NCBI RefSeq assembly: GCF_036971445.1
Contig: NC_091469.1
Span: forward strand, 195,672,001 to 195,736,000
Direction: 5' to 3'
DNA: 64,000 bases
Origin: Narcine bancroftii
Lineage: Eukaryota
Made by a program: the position numbers and the translations under genes. The notes under the pieces are model-generated. The model made no database searches. It was given only the letters and a program-made list of their open reading frames with translations, and was not told where the DNA came from. Below, one piece after another: positions 1 to 11,100 of the stretch. Numbering within the stretch: position 1 is the stretch's first letter; each line of letters opens with the position of its first letter.

Positions 1-1075
1 AGAAACTATTGGCAGTAGAGGGACAGTTTGTCTCACATAACAAATCTATCTGAGCTCTAATAAAGCTGCAAAATTCCAGTTTTCCAACAGTCACGAATTA
101 AGGCACCATCTATACACTGTGGCCTGTTTACCTGGCATTGTAACAGACAGAGTCAAGGGTGAATGATCAGAGCTATGTACTCAGTCTCCATTATCCTACC
201 CGCCAGTTGGATTGATGCCAAAAATAAATAAATTCTAGTGTGGGAATCGTGTTGTCTCGGATGTTGCCTTCTCCAGACATCTATTAAATTCAACTCTTTC
301 ATTAATGCCAGGGAAGATTTGGATGCCATGGCCCTTGTTACTTTCCTTGCTGACTTGTCCAAAACTGAATCGAGACAAAAGTTAAAATTCTCTCCAATCT
401 AAACATTCTCACACCCCTGTGTAATTTTCAAAAATATATTTTGTATAAATTGTTCGTCATCAAAATTCGGGGCATATATATATATTCACAAGTGTCCATG
501 ATTCTGAGTATATTTGACAATGAATCATCACAAATCTTCCAGCTGGGTCAACAACCATGCCTCAGACCCCCAGCGGAACATTTTTTCCTTTGAGGATAGC
601 CACTCCCATTGCTCTGCAATTAAAGGAGAACGTCACCACCTGGCCAACCCACTGACTTTTTAACTTTTACATGTTCTTGATTTGTGAGGTGGGTCTCCTG
701 TAGAAATACTATATCTGCTTACATATTTTTTTAGGTGCGCCAAAACTCTTTTTCTTTTTATCATCCCTTTCATCCCATTTATGTTAAATTCACAACTTTA
801 ATTGTCTTATCCCCCATTACCCAAGAGACTCTCCATTATTTTCCTCCCCCTCAATCCAGCTCATCTTCCACAGATCTCTGAAGCAGACGGCCATGCTCCA
901 AATAAAACCTAAACTAACTAAAACCAACAAATCTAAAAAAGAAAAAGACAAGGAATACCCCCCAAAAAAATCCCTCCCCCACCCCCCATTCTCTTCATCC
1001 TCCTTGATCTTCCCTTCCTCTCCCAACATCAATATCCAAGTTACTGGTGCCAACTCCTAATTATTTTGGAGTGTA
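1..1075 (-). mobile_element. Old L1/Tx1-like LINE: ORF2 APE endonuclease region and inter-ORF spacer (continues at 3477-4330)
   Basis: The minus strand near 760-660 reads KRKRVLAHLKK..ADIVFLQETHL. ORF 153..362 has LIDVWRRQHP..HTRI, typical of L1 EN. Frameshifts and stops are present. Confidence 0.85.
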
Positions 1076-2006
1076 CCTACTGCATCTATCTTTTTTTTTT
1101 AATTTTTTATTTTTCACACCATAAATCACATTAGCCATGATATACACTATTTCTTTTTCACACATATACAGTGACTTTTTCTCCCCCCCCCCTTTCCTCC
1201 CAAACCACCCCCCCACCCCCCCCCCTCTCATCCATTTTAGGTATACAATCTAGGTTGCATTAAGCCAGTCAGACAATGTTGTCATTCAACATAATTACAC
1301 CAAAAATTCTACTGAGTCCATTCTTTTCTTTCCTTCTCCTTCCATCAACTTAGGTACTGTTTGTCCCCGGTAGGTTTTCGCTATTGTATTTAATGTAAGG
1401 CTCCTATACTTGCTCGAATATTTCAATATTATTTCTTAACCTATCTGTTATTTTTTCTAATGGAATACATTTATTCATTTAAATTTAGTAGTTTCTTCCT
1501 TTTAATTTGGTTATGTATTCCATTAATATTTAAAGACATATAGTTCAGCGTAGCCCTTTTATATTTTGTTTATCTTCTCTTTCCGTTTTTCCATCATTAC
1601 CTTTCCTCCTTTTCCATTTCTGTTTTCTTATTTTCAACTCTTTATAAGACAACATTCCTACAACATCCAACATTTTCCTTATTCTCCTATTTCTATCTTA
1701 TTTATCCCCAATCTCCCCTTCACCTCCTGAGTTGTCCTTTATCCCTTGTCGGACAACCACATCTCCCCTCTCCATTTGGATTTGCGAATCCACTCGCAAG
1801 CGTCAACTGATTTTGCAGTGACTGCTATTTCCCCCCACCCCGCCTCCCCCAGAAAAGATTTCACTTTTCATATGTCACAAAGGTCACTCTTTTAATTCCC
1901 TCCTTATTCTCTCTATTCCATTACCTTCCCTTATTAATTCTTGTCTATACTATCTATATTTTCCTCTAAGTATGCTCATTGTCTCTATTCACTCTTATAC
2001 CTCTTT

Positions 2007-2150
2007 ACCCGCGTACATATCAATCGTGATCATTTTTACTCTCATTACCCGTCTTCATCCCTCAGTCTATTTTTGTCTTTACCCACATACATATCAATCG
2101 TGATCATTTTAACTCTCATTACCCGTCTTCCTCCCTCAGTCTATTTTTGT
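2007..2150. repeat. Two-copy tandem duplication, period about 74 bp, spanning the ORF1 stop codon
   Basis: accc..catatcaatcgtgatcatttt..ctctcattacccgtcttc.tccctcagtctatttttgt occurs at 2007-2076 and 2081-2150. Confidence 0.9.
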
Positions 2151-2890
2151 AATTGTTCTGCAAATTTTCGTGCTTCTTCTGGATCCGAGAATAGTCTGTT
2201 TTGTTGTCCTGGAATAAATATTTTCAATACCGCTGGATGCTTTAGTATAAATTTATACCCTTTCTTCCATAAAATCGCCTTTGCTGTATTGAACTCTTTT
2301 CTCTTCTTTAGGAGTTCAAAACTTATATCTGGATAAATGAAGATTTTTTGCCCTTTATACTCCAGTGGTTTGTTGCCCTCTCTTACTTTTTCCATTGTCT
2401 TCTCCAGTACCTTTTCTCTTGTAGTATATCTTAGGAATTTTACTACAATAGATCTTGGTTTTTGTTGTGGTTGTGGTTTAGAGGCCAATACTCTATGTGC
2501 CCTTTCTATTTCCATTTCATGCTGTAGTTCTGGACATCCTAGGGTCTTAGGGATCCACTCTTTTATAAACTCCCTCATATTCTTGCCTTCTTCATCTTCC
2601 TTAAGGCCCACTATCTTTATGTTATTTCTTCTGTTATGGTTTTCCATTGTATCTATTTTTTGAGCTAGTAGTTCTTGTGTCTCTTTAGTTTTTTTATTAG
2701 ATTTCTCCAATTTCTTTTTTAAGTCTTCTACCTCCATTTCTGCTGCTACTGCCCGCTCTTCCATCTTGTCCATTTTCTTTCCCATTTCTGTTAAGGTCAT
2801 CTCCATTTTATTTATTTTCTCTTCTGTGTTGTTTATTCTTTTTCTTAAATCCTTAAATTCCTGTGTTTGCCATTCTTTAAATGACTCCAT
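2141..2890 (-). CDS. L1 ORF1p (coiled coil, RRM and CTD; Transposase_22-like), 249 aa open; upstream N-terminal extension to 3325 is disrupted
   Basis: Heptad coiled coil followed by MENHNRRNNIKIVGLKE, EIERAHR, PRSIVVKFLRY, IFIYPDIS and HPAVLKI motifs. Confidence 0.9.
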   Translation of the reverse strand: MESFKEWQTQEFKDLRKRINNTEEKINKMEMTLTEMGKKMDKMEERAVAAEMEVEDLKKKLEKSNKKTKETQELLAQKIDTMENHNRRNNIKIVGLKEDEEGKNMREFIKEWIPKTLGCPELQHEMEIERAHRVLASKPQPQQKPRSIVVKFLRYTTREKVLEKTMEKVREGNKPLEYKGQKIFIYPDISFELLKKRKEFNTAKAILWKKGYKFILKHPAVLKIFIPGQQNRLFSDPEEARKFAEQLQK

Positions 2891-3476
2891 GTATCCTTTA
2901 ATAAGAGCAAGTATATCCTTTACCTTCCCTTTCTTTTCTTCTTCTATTTCTCTGTACTCTTCCTCTTCCTCTTCTTCTTCATCTGTTGTTTCTTTGGTGC
3001 CCTTTCCTCCTCTTTTTTCTTGTTTCTATTGTCTTCTGTGGTCTCTTCTTGCTGCAGGTGTTCTGCAGCTGTCGTTGCCGGCTGTGGAGATCGACTCCCC
3101 AGCTGGTCCCCCCTCCCGTCGGTGTGTTTTTTTTCATTCGCATCGCGCACTTTTACTCGGCTCTGCGAGCCATTTTTGTAGTCCATTATTTACCGACCTG
3201 AGGGAGCGGGTTTCTCTCTCCGCAGCGGGCCTCTTCGGACAGGTAAGGCCTTCACCTTTTTCCTCCTTTGTCTTCTCTTCCTCTCTTCTTACCGTTGCTT
3301 TCGATTTTTCTTTTTTTGTCGCCATCTTCTTTCCACCTTTATACTCACTTTTCTGTAACTTTTATTTCTGTGCCTTTGTGTTTTTCTTTGTTTTTCCCAA
3401 CTTTTCTGGAGAGGGCTGGAGTTCACCGTCCGGCCACTACTCCATCACGTGACTCCTCCCCCTACTGCATCTATCT

Positions 3477-4330
3477 GATTCCTTCACTGTTCTTTCCACT
3501 TTCTTAGATCTCCCCATATTAATTCTTCATTTAACTTTAACATTCATCTTTTAAAACAATAAAACATTCCTATCTAAATTCTTATCATTCACAATATTTA
3601 CAACCAATTATTACATTAATTCCCCCTTTTATGCCTTTTTTCCTCCAGTAGTATTTAGTCCCTTAAGGATAGCAAGGGTTTTACATTGCACATTGCCTCC
3701 CTAGTGTCTGTAAAACATTTCTTCTCCCCTTCAGGTCTTATTAAAGTTTTTGGGTGAAGGAGGGTGAATTTTATCCCCTTCTAATTTTTTGTTAACTTGG
3801 TCAAATTCTTTACTGCACCTTAACAGTGCAGTGCAGATAGAAGAGGACCTTCCTTCCTCCATATTCTGCTACCCACCCCCCTTTCCTTCGCTCCCACTGC
3901 CGCCACCTGCAAAATTCTCACTCTGACTTGGTAGCAAAGAAATTTGACCATGATGAAGCAGGGTTGTTGATCTGGGTCTGGTTGGGGGAGGGGGGAATGT
4001 GAGAGCCCTCTCATTTTCTAATTCTCCCCCAATTTTATCCAATCCCAGCACTCCTGGGATCCATTTTCTGAAGAATCCCATCGGATCTCTTCTCTCCACA
4101 CCCTCCTTCACCCCCACTATTTTAATATTATTCCTTCTGCTACAATTTTCCAGGGACTCTCCCATATCTTATCCCTTTCCCTCACCCACACACTCATCAC
4201 TCTTTCACTCTCTTCCAATCTCTCCTCCATTCTCTCAGATTATCCAGTCTTTATTTTATCACATTTTGGTCCATCACAAGTGTTTTTAACATTTTTTTTT
4301 AATTTGCCCCATGGCCTCCATGAACCTTTA
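3477..4330 (-). mobile_element. Old L1 ORF1 remnant (5' part of the element at 1-1075)
   Basis: ORF 3869..4165 reads LENCSRRNNIKIVGVKEGVE..FFRKWIP..ENERA; degenerate. Confidence 0.85.
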
Positions 4331-4399
4331 ACATTAAATTCAATCTTGTTTCAAAGTAGTCATTTAACAGAAAAAAATGTTATTCACAAGTGGGTAGGT

Positions 4400-4700
4400 G
4401 GTGAATGAACTCCCTAACAATTTCCACTGAAACAAACCATTTCTTATTCCCATTGGAGAGAGAGATTCTAAGACGTGCTGGAAACAGAAGGGAAGGCTTC
4501 AACCCCCGTTGATATAACTCTGACATAACTTCACTGTAGCTGGCCCATTTTTTTCATAACTTCAGGAGAATAATCTTCCATGATTCTAAATGTTCTACCT
4601 TGGTATTGCAAGGTACCTTTACGATGGGCTTCACAAATCATCAGTTCTTTTATTTGATAATGATGTGGGTGTATAACCACAGAACGTGGGATTTTTTCCT
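4400..4700 (-). mobile_element. L1 ORF1 C-terminal fragment of a different family
   Basis: The minus strand reads HYQIKELMICEAHRKGTLQYQGRTFRIMEDYSPEVMKK..ELYQRGLKPSLLFPARLRI. Confidence 0.75.
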
Positions 4701-4740
4701 AATTTAGGTGTGGTGCAGCCACTGAATTGTTTGTATTTTA

Positions 4741-5640
4741 TGTATTGTATGAGCTGGCCCACCCCCTGAACCTGTGACTCCTCCCTACTCAGTTGAGGAT
4801 ATCAGGGAGCTGAGATGGAGCTGCCCGGTCTGTGTCTATTGGCCAGACAAAGCCCACCTCATCAAAGCCACCTACCCCTTCAAGTGGCTGAGCATGGACT
4901 TCAAGGGCCCCTTTCCGTCCAACAACAGGAACGTATGCTTCCTGAATATCATTGACAAATACTCCCGCTTCCCTTTCACCGTCCCCTGGCCGGACATGAC
5001 CATGACCACAGTCATAAAGGTATTGCATAGCATATTCGCTCTGTTTGAATACCCCTGCTATATCCATAGCAACTGGGGATCCTCATTTATGAGCGAGGAG
5101 CTGCGCCAGTACCTGCTGGCCAAGGGCATAGCCACGAGCAGGACCATGGGTTATAAGCCCCAGTTAGAAGGGGAGAATGCTATCATCTGGAAGACAGTCC
5201 TCCTAGCCCTCAGATCAAAAGGCCAACCCATCTCCTGGTTGCAAGATGTCCTCTCTGAGCCACTCTATGCCACCAGGTCTCTCCTCTGAACCACTATTAA
5301 TGTGACACCACATGAAAGGCTCTTTTCCTTTCCCAGGAAGTTGGCGTCAGGAACCACACTGACATCTTGGCTGAAGACCCCTGGGTCCGAACTGCTTCGG
5401 AGGCATATCAGATGCCACAAGACTGACCCTCTGGTCGAGAAGGTCCATCTCCTCCACACTAATTCCCAATACGCTTACGTGAGTACCAGGATGGAAGGCA
5501 GGACACCATTTCCATCTGAGACCTGGCTCATGCAAGGGACCCCTTGACCAACCAATCAACATCCCCTCACAGTAACCCTGGCCAACCAGCCACACTAATT
5601 GCACCTGACGCAGCACCCCAACCCCAGACTGAGCAATTCA
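4741..5640 (+). mobile_element. Ty3/Gypsy integrase fragment
   Basis: ORFs 4774..5289 and 5302..5547: PFKWLSMDFKGPFPS..FLNIIDKYSRFPF..YIHSNWGSSFMS..TPHERLFSFPR (rve core, decayed). Confidence 0.88.
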
Positions 5641-6330
5641 GAATCTTTACTGTTGTTATCAAAACACATGATTTCTTGTGGAGTTCTTTTTTCAGAGAAT
5701 TGTTTCTTTATATAAATGATTTCCCTCTTGCACAAAGGTTTACACATTGATTTCACTCCCAGGCAAGGGTTATATGAAGTGACCATTTAAAGATAGATAC
5801 AATAGAACTGGCCTCTTTTGACAAAGAGACAGTGAAGTGGCTCTTTCTCTTTGAAGCAACTGATTCTGTGTACCTCCCATGACAAGGAGAATTCAACACA
5901 AAAGTGATGTATTCTCCTCTCTCTCACTGAAGGGTTCTGTATTTCTCCATCAGTTAATGGCTGGTGCAATATTAAAGATGCCTTCTTGGAGGTGTAATAA
6001 TATGAGATGATGTCCCTTCTGGTTCTGCTTGAAGTCTCATCTCTTCCAAAAGTATGAGTTGATGGCTCTGATTTGTCTGCTCAGGTCACACGTAGATGGC
6101 TTTGTGTGGACACAGATCATTGAATCAAAAGCCAGTTTGTTTGAATAGATGCCATCTCTTAGCAACACCATTGTCTTCAGTTTCAATGAAGATTCACTTT
6201 TATGGTTGCTTATGCAGCTTCAACTCTCAAAATGGTTTCTTAACATAGCCTCTGCTATTTACAAGATTTCAGAAATGTCCTCTGTGTGCCTTTCCCCATG
6301 TCCATCCCATAAAGTCCCTTTACTAAGTAT
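5640..6330 (-). mobile_element. Possible decayed LTR fragment
   Basis: The minus-strand motif ataacccttgcctgggagtg..gtgcaagaggg..aaaaagaactc resembles the LTR at 13369-14395; no coding signal. Confidence 0.35.
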
Positions 6331-6976
6331 ATAATTTTATAACTAAAAGATTACTAATAGCACAATTCCGTCACACTAGGAAATATGATAAAGGAAAGGC
6401 AGCAGTTGTTGTCTACATGGAGTTCATTAAAGCCTTTGACAAAGTCCCACATGTGAGTTTGGTCAAGAAGTTCAGTTGCTCAGAAACTAGGATGAGGTCG
6501 TAAATTAGATTTAGACATTGACTTTGCAGGAGAAGATGAAGAGTGGTAGTAGATGATTGCCTCTCTGACTTGTGTGCCTCAGGTATCAATGCTGGGTTCA
6601 TTGTGTTCTCATCTAATTCAATTATCTGGATGATAATGTGTTAAATTGGATCAGAAAATTTGCAGAATACACTAAGAATGGGGTGTAGTGGACAGTGAGG
6701 AAGGCTTTAAAAGCTTACAGCAGGATCTGGACCAGATGGAAAAATGGGGTGGAAAATGGTAGAAGGAATTTCATGCAGACAAGTGTAAATAGTTGCACTT
6801 TGGGAGGACAAGCCAGGTAGGACTTACACAGTAAACAGTTGAGCACTGCAGATTGCATTAGAGGGATTTGGGAATGCAGAAATATAAATTCCTTGTAAGT
6901 GATGTCACAGATAGATAGGGTTGTAAAAAAAAGCTTTTGGCACATTTACCTTCATAAATCAATGAAGTTGGGATGT

Positions 6977-7837
6977 CGGATGACGATTGAAGCCAAACAA
7001 AGCTATTAAATGGCATGAATCTATTTTAGTCTTAAAAATCATCGATAAAGATTGAAAAATGTTTCCCCAAAATCTTCTAATTTGGGGCATTCGCAAAATT
7101 AATCAAACTAAGAGTGAAATGCCAATCCTCATCTGAGAAGGTTATATTAAGATCTTAATATTTTTAATCTTAACCATTGAGGTTAGTTTTAAATCCAATA
7201 AATTATTATAAATACGTGATATTAACCCACTGTGAACAAACTGCAAATCAAAAAATATATCAAGAACATTTGAGTCTGCAATTTGAGGAAAATCTTGTAG
7301 CTTAGATTAGACAAAATGTATAACTTGCAAATATCTAAAAAAAATGTCTGTTGGAAAGCTTAAATTCAACTGACAGTTTTTCAAAAGAACAAAATTAAAA
7401 ATTAGATATAATATCAAAGATAAAAAGTTCCAGTTTGAAAAGATATGTGGTCCATTCATAGAATATTATCATGGTTGGTAGTTTTAGGTTGTTGGGCGGC
7501 TCTGGTGGTGCTCCTTTTGGCTTTTGGAGGTAGAGATCCGATTCACTTTTTTCTCTTTTTTAAATAAGTGATCTTGATTAAAGGGAGGAGTTAGATTAGC
7601 ATTAGTTTAGTTTTTAGGTTTTTTTCATGTTACAAGTTGAAAAAGATAAGTTGATTAATTGGAATTTATATATGGTCCTAGACTATAATATTAATTGATA
7701 TTTTACCAAGTTATGAGTAGATTGCTTATAAAGTAATTCATGTGATTTTCATTTTTAATCTTAATAATATAAATTAATAATGAATAATGAAAATGGGAAA
7801 CTGTTAATGAGAGCATTTTAACCAGTTATATACTATG

Positions 7838-7894
<57 letters not shown>

Positions 7895-7961
7895 TATGTT
7901 AATGCAACTTGTATATGAGATTATTATACTGAACTGAATAAAAATATTTTAAAAAGAAAAT
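6977..7961 (+). mobile_element. 5'-truncated, 5'-inverted L1 insertion
   Basis: 12-bp TSD aagttgggatgt at 6965-6976 and 7962-7973. 6977-~7395 is ORF2 on the minus strand; from ~7396 the ORF2 end (KIRYNIKDKKFQFEKICGPFIEYYH), 3' UTR, AATAAA and A-tail lie on the plus strand. Confidence 0.85.
7838..7892. repeat. (TA)n(TG)n compound microsatellite
   Basis: Visible directly in the sequence. Confidence 0.97.
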
Positions 7962-9069
7962 AAGTTGGGATGTTATGTTTAAGTTGTAAAAGACATTGGT
8001 GAGGCTGAATTTAGAGGATTTTGTGCAATTTTGGTCACCCACCTACAGGGAAAGTATCAATAAGCTTGATAGCATGCAAAGAAAATTTACAAGGATGTTG
8101 CCAGGACTTGAGCTGAGTAATAATGAAAGATTGACTAGGTTAGGACTTTATTCCCTGGAGTGCTGGATATGAGGAGAAATTTGATAGAGGTATACAAAAT
8201 TATAAGGGATATGGATAGGGTAAATGCAAGTAGGCTTTTTCCACTGAGGTTGGTGAGACAAGGATGAGTGGACTGGGATAAGAGTGAAAGGCGAAATGTT
8301 CAAGGGGAACATAAGAGGGATTAATTTAATTTGGCATTTTGATTGTCACAAATTTGTGGGCCAAAGGGTCTATTACTCAACTGTACTAAGTTCTACATTT
8401 TAACAACTGATTTTACAACAAAAAAAATTAAAGAAAAACCAATGGTGCAGGAAGACATAAATACTTTTGTTTTAAAAAAATAGATGCACTATCAAGAATA
8501 ACCTTTTCCTTTCTATGAGCTCTACCTCTTAAGGTGGTCAGATCCTTCCTACTCCATCCTCCCCTACATTATTGCAGCGATAACTCAGATTAATGTCATG
8601 AAATTAATCAGACAACTATCAAGCCTAATGAGTGTGGGGGAAGAATGGGAATGGATAAGAACTTTTTTAAAAAAAAAAATCAGCTCTTTAGAGCCAGACT
8701 AAAATGTATAAGTCCAAATATCTCCAGGAGACAATGGCATTGCAAATAATTAGGTGCCTACAGAGAAAAGTACCTCCTTTGCAGGTGATGGCAACAGCCT
8801 TAAAAAAAAAACAAGTCAACTAACTTCATTGGTAATGCTGCTTGGCAAGTAAAGCTGTTGCATCACAGACACTACAGCAAAAAAAAACTGTAGGTCTCCA
8901 ATGTACCAAAAGTAATGTGCCTCCCAGCAAGTGAGGGATTGATTTTAATGTCAAGGCTCTTGTTGTAGCAACTTTTAACTCAGCTATAACATTAATTTAT
9001 CATTATTGGGTAGCTCTACTGATAGGGTAACAGATGACAAGTGCAACTCAGTTTCAGCACTGAAAATGA

Positions 9070-9770
9070 AAACAAAAACTGTAGATGATAGAAATATGAA
9101 ATAAAACCATCAATACTTAAAAGTCAGCAGGCCAGGCTGCATTTGAGGAAAGAGAAACTATGTTAATATGACAGGTCAGAGGCTGTCAGAACTGAGAAAC
9201 AGAGATTAAAAAAAATGATGTTTTAAATTGCGGAGAATGTGGCAGGAGAGATAGATGACACACGGGAAATCTGTGAAAGGATGAGACTGGGTCATGTGTG
9301 TTAATGTACGGGGTACTTATGCTTTCTTGTTTGTAAAATGTTGAGGGATGTACACAGCAAGTCTAGATGTACTCATGAAGAGAGAAAAACAGAGTAAAAC
9401 TCATAGTAATAATCGGCTCCAATGCAAATGGTCAGTTTTGATACAGACCGTTGCCTGAAGTTGAAGAATTCAATCATGAATCCATAAGGCTGCAATGAGC
9501 CTAGACAGAAGATGAACTATTGTTGGTCAACCTCATATTGGGCCTTATTGTAACAATGCAGAAGATCACAGATTAGTAGATCAGTGTGGAAATCTGGTAG
9601 GGAATTAAAGTAGCAGGCAACCTGAAACCCATTCACTCCTGCAGATTGGGTGATGATCCAATCTACATTGATTTCTCCAATGTAGAAGATGCAACATGTT
9701 GGACACTGAATGCAGTGCATAAGATTCCAATTCATGTAACTTATTTTTCTGTCTATATCAGAACTAGTCA
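9070..9770 (-). mobile_element. Penelope-like element: GIY-YIG endonuclease remnant plus terminal region
   Basis: ORF 9517..9771 NLMHCIQCPTCCIFYIGE..VACYFNS..HTDLLICDLLHCYNKAQ matches the PLE GIY-YIG/CCHH pattern. The terminal motif aaactgtagatgatagaaat..cagcaggccaggctgcat lies at 9075-9145. Confidence 0.8.
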
Positions 9771-10889
9771 TCTCTGTTGTAAGTCACTACCTGTGATTTT
9801 GGCTCAATTTTTCTCTCTTCATTTGCACAGCCTGACCTGCAGTGCATGACCCACCACCCAGATTCGATTAGAAAAGGTCACTGTCTTGATGCATATATTA
9901 CTTGAACCTTGTGAATTTGCATTCTTCACTCCAACAGGTTTTCTCTCATAACTACTTGACTTGGAGATAACTTCAATTGGCACTTCCTCACATCCTCCTC
10001 TGTTTCATCACGAATGACATCCCCCACAAAATCTTTATTTATGGTACGTCATGCCTCGCCATCAACAAATATACTCCATCTTAATGTATGGTATAACTCT
10101 CATTGAGAATCACATCTTCTTTCCCCCTTACCAAAAAAAGTGCAATGCATGCCAGGGAGAAGCTAAAAACTGGAAGTGGTTCTCTAGTCCTTGGCCAGTC
10201 AACATGTAGAGGAAGCAGATCTGGAGGTTATTGGCATGACTGTATACATTCCATGGAGGATGGAGAGATAGAAACTAGTTTCCCCAATGACAGAATTCTA
10301 AATCTTCCAGCCATCTTGCTCATCTGGAGTGGATGACACCAGCATGTGAAGTGTAATCAAAACTGTAAAATACCTTTGAAACTTCAAATTTATCTCTTAT
10401 CGCCCATGGTTCCTGACATCCAGCTGGATTAGACGTGCTGCAAACAGCTCCTGTTCCTGGGATTGTGCACGTCCATTCCAGTCCTTCTGTGGGTTTCGCC
10501 AAACTATCACCTGAGCAGCACTCATCTTGATGTCTCCACACTGAACTACTAACTATAATAAGTAAGTGGGCATGTCAAAAACATTTGTGCCAAAAGCAGA
10601 AATGACAACGTTGGCACAAATCCTATCTAAACTTTCTCGGAAGTTTCTTAGGAAAAAAAATAACTAATACAGCTCCACTGAAGGAGGTCTTTTACAATGT
10701 CACTTAAGAGTGCAGCTCTGAAGCAGAAGTCTTCAGTCCCCATTCATTGGCCCTGTGTTGTTGCCATGAAAGTATGAGAAATGTATTTCCTGCATAAAAT
10801 TCATAAACTGCTAAGGGATACCCTCCAAATAAAATTCAAAATAATACAGTTGCCAAACTACCCCTTTAGGGGGTTAAACCTTGAAGTCA

Positions 10890-11100
10890 AAGTGTGAAAT
10901 CAAAGTGGAAAATGCTGCAGTAGTCAGCAGGTAGCAGCATCTATCGGGAGAGGAACAATGTTAATGTTTCGGATCATCTGATAAAAGAAAATCAATTTGT
11001 AATGTGAACTCTGTTTCACTCATCACGGATGCTGCTGGAACTGAAGAGGATTTCTGGTATCTTTTGTTTTTACTTCAGCTTTCCAACATCTTGACCTTTT
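10890..11100. repeat. Palindromic Penelope-terminus-derived short repeat
   Basis: Left arm gaaaatgctgcagtagtcagcaggtagcagcatct..gaaca; right arm is the reverse complement of the same consensus. Confidence 0.7.

Larger units (their letters stand above)
1092..3460 (-). mobile_element. Young ORF1-only (ORF2-deleted, HAL1-like) L1 derivative with 5' UTR, 3' UTR and poly(A)
   Basis: Perfect 16-bp TSD cctactgcatctatct at 1076-1091 and 3461-3476; poly(T) from 1091; ORF1 at 2141-2890; ORF2 N-terminus fused to ORF2 C-terminus at about 1480. Confidence 0.92.
6370..8390 (+). mobile_element. CR1 LINE RT/3' part, split by an L1 insertion at 6977-7961
   Basis: VYMEFIKAFDKVPH at about 6410. Sequence is colinear with the CR1 at 33900-35100 (aagacattggtgaggc.., gatagaggtatacaaaat) on both sides of the insert. 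Confidence 0.88.

Noticed and set aside
2141-2890. Domesticated L1TD1-like host gene
   Set aside because: It lies within a young TSD-flanked, poly(A)-tailed insertion with a disrupted N-terminal extension; nothing indicates domestication.
1941-3452. Long plus-strand ORFs (131, 108 and 228 aa) rich in Ser, Phe and Leu
   Set aside because: They are antisense shadows of the purine-rich L1 ORF1. The low complexity explains the lack of stops, and there is no evidence for an ORF0-like product.
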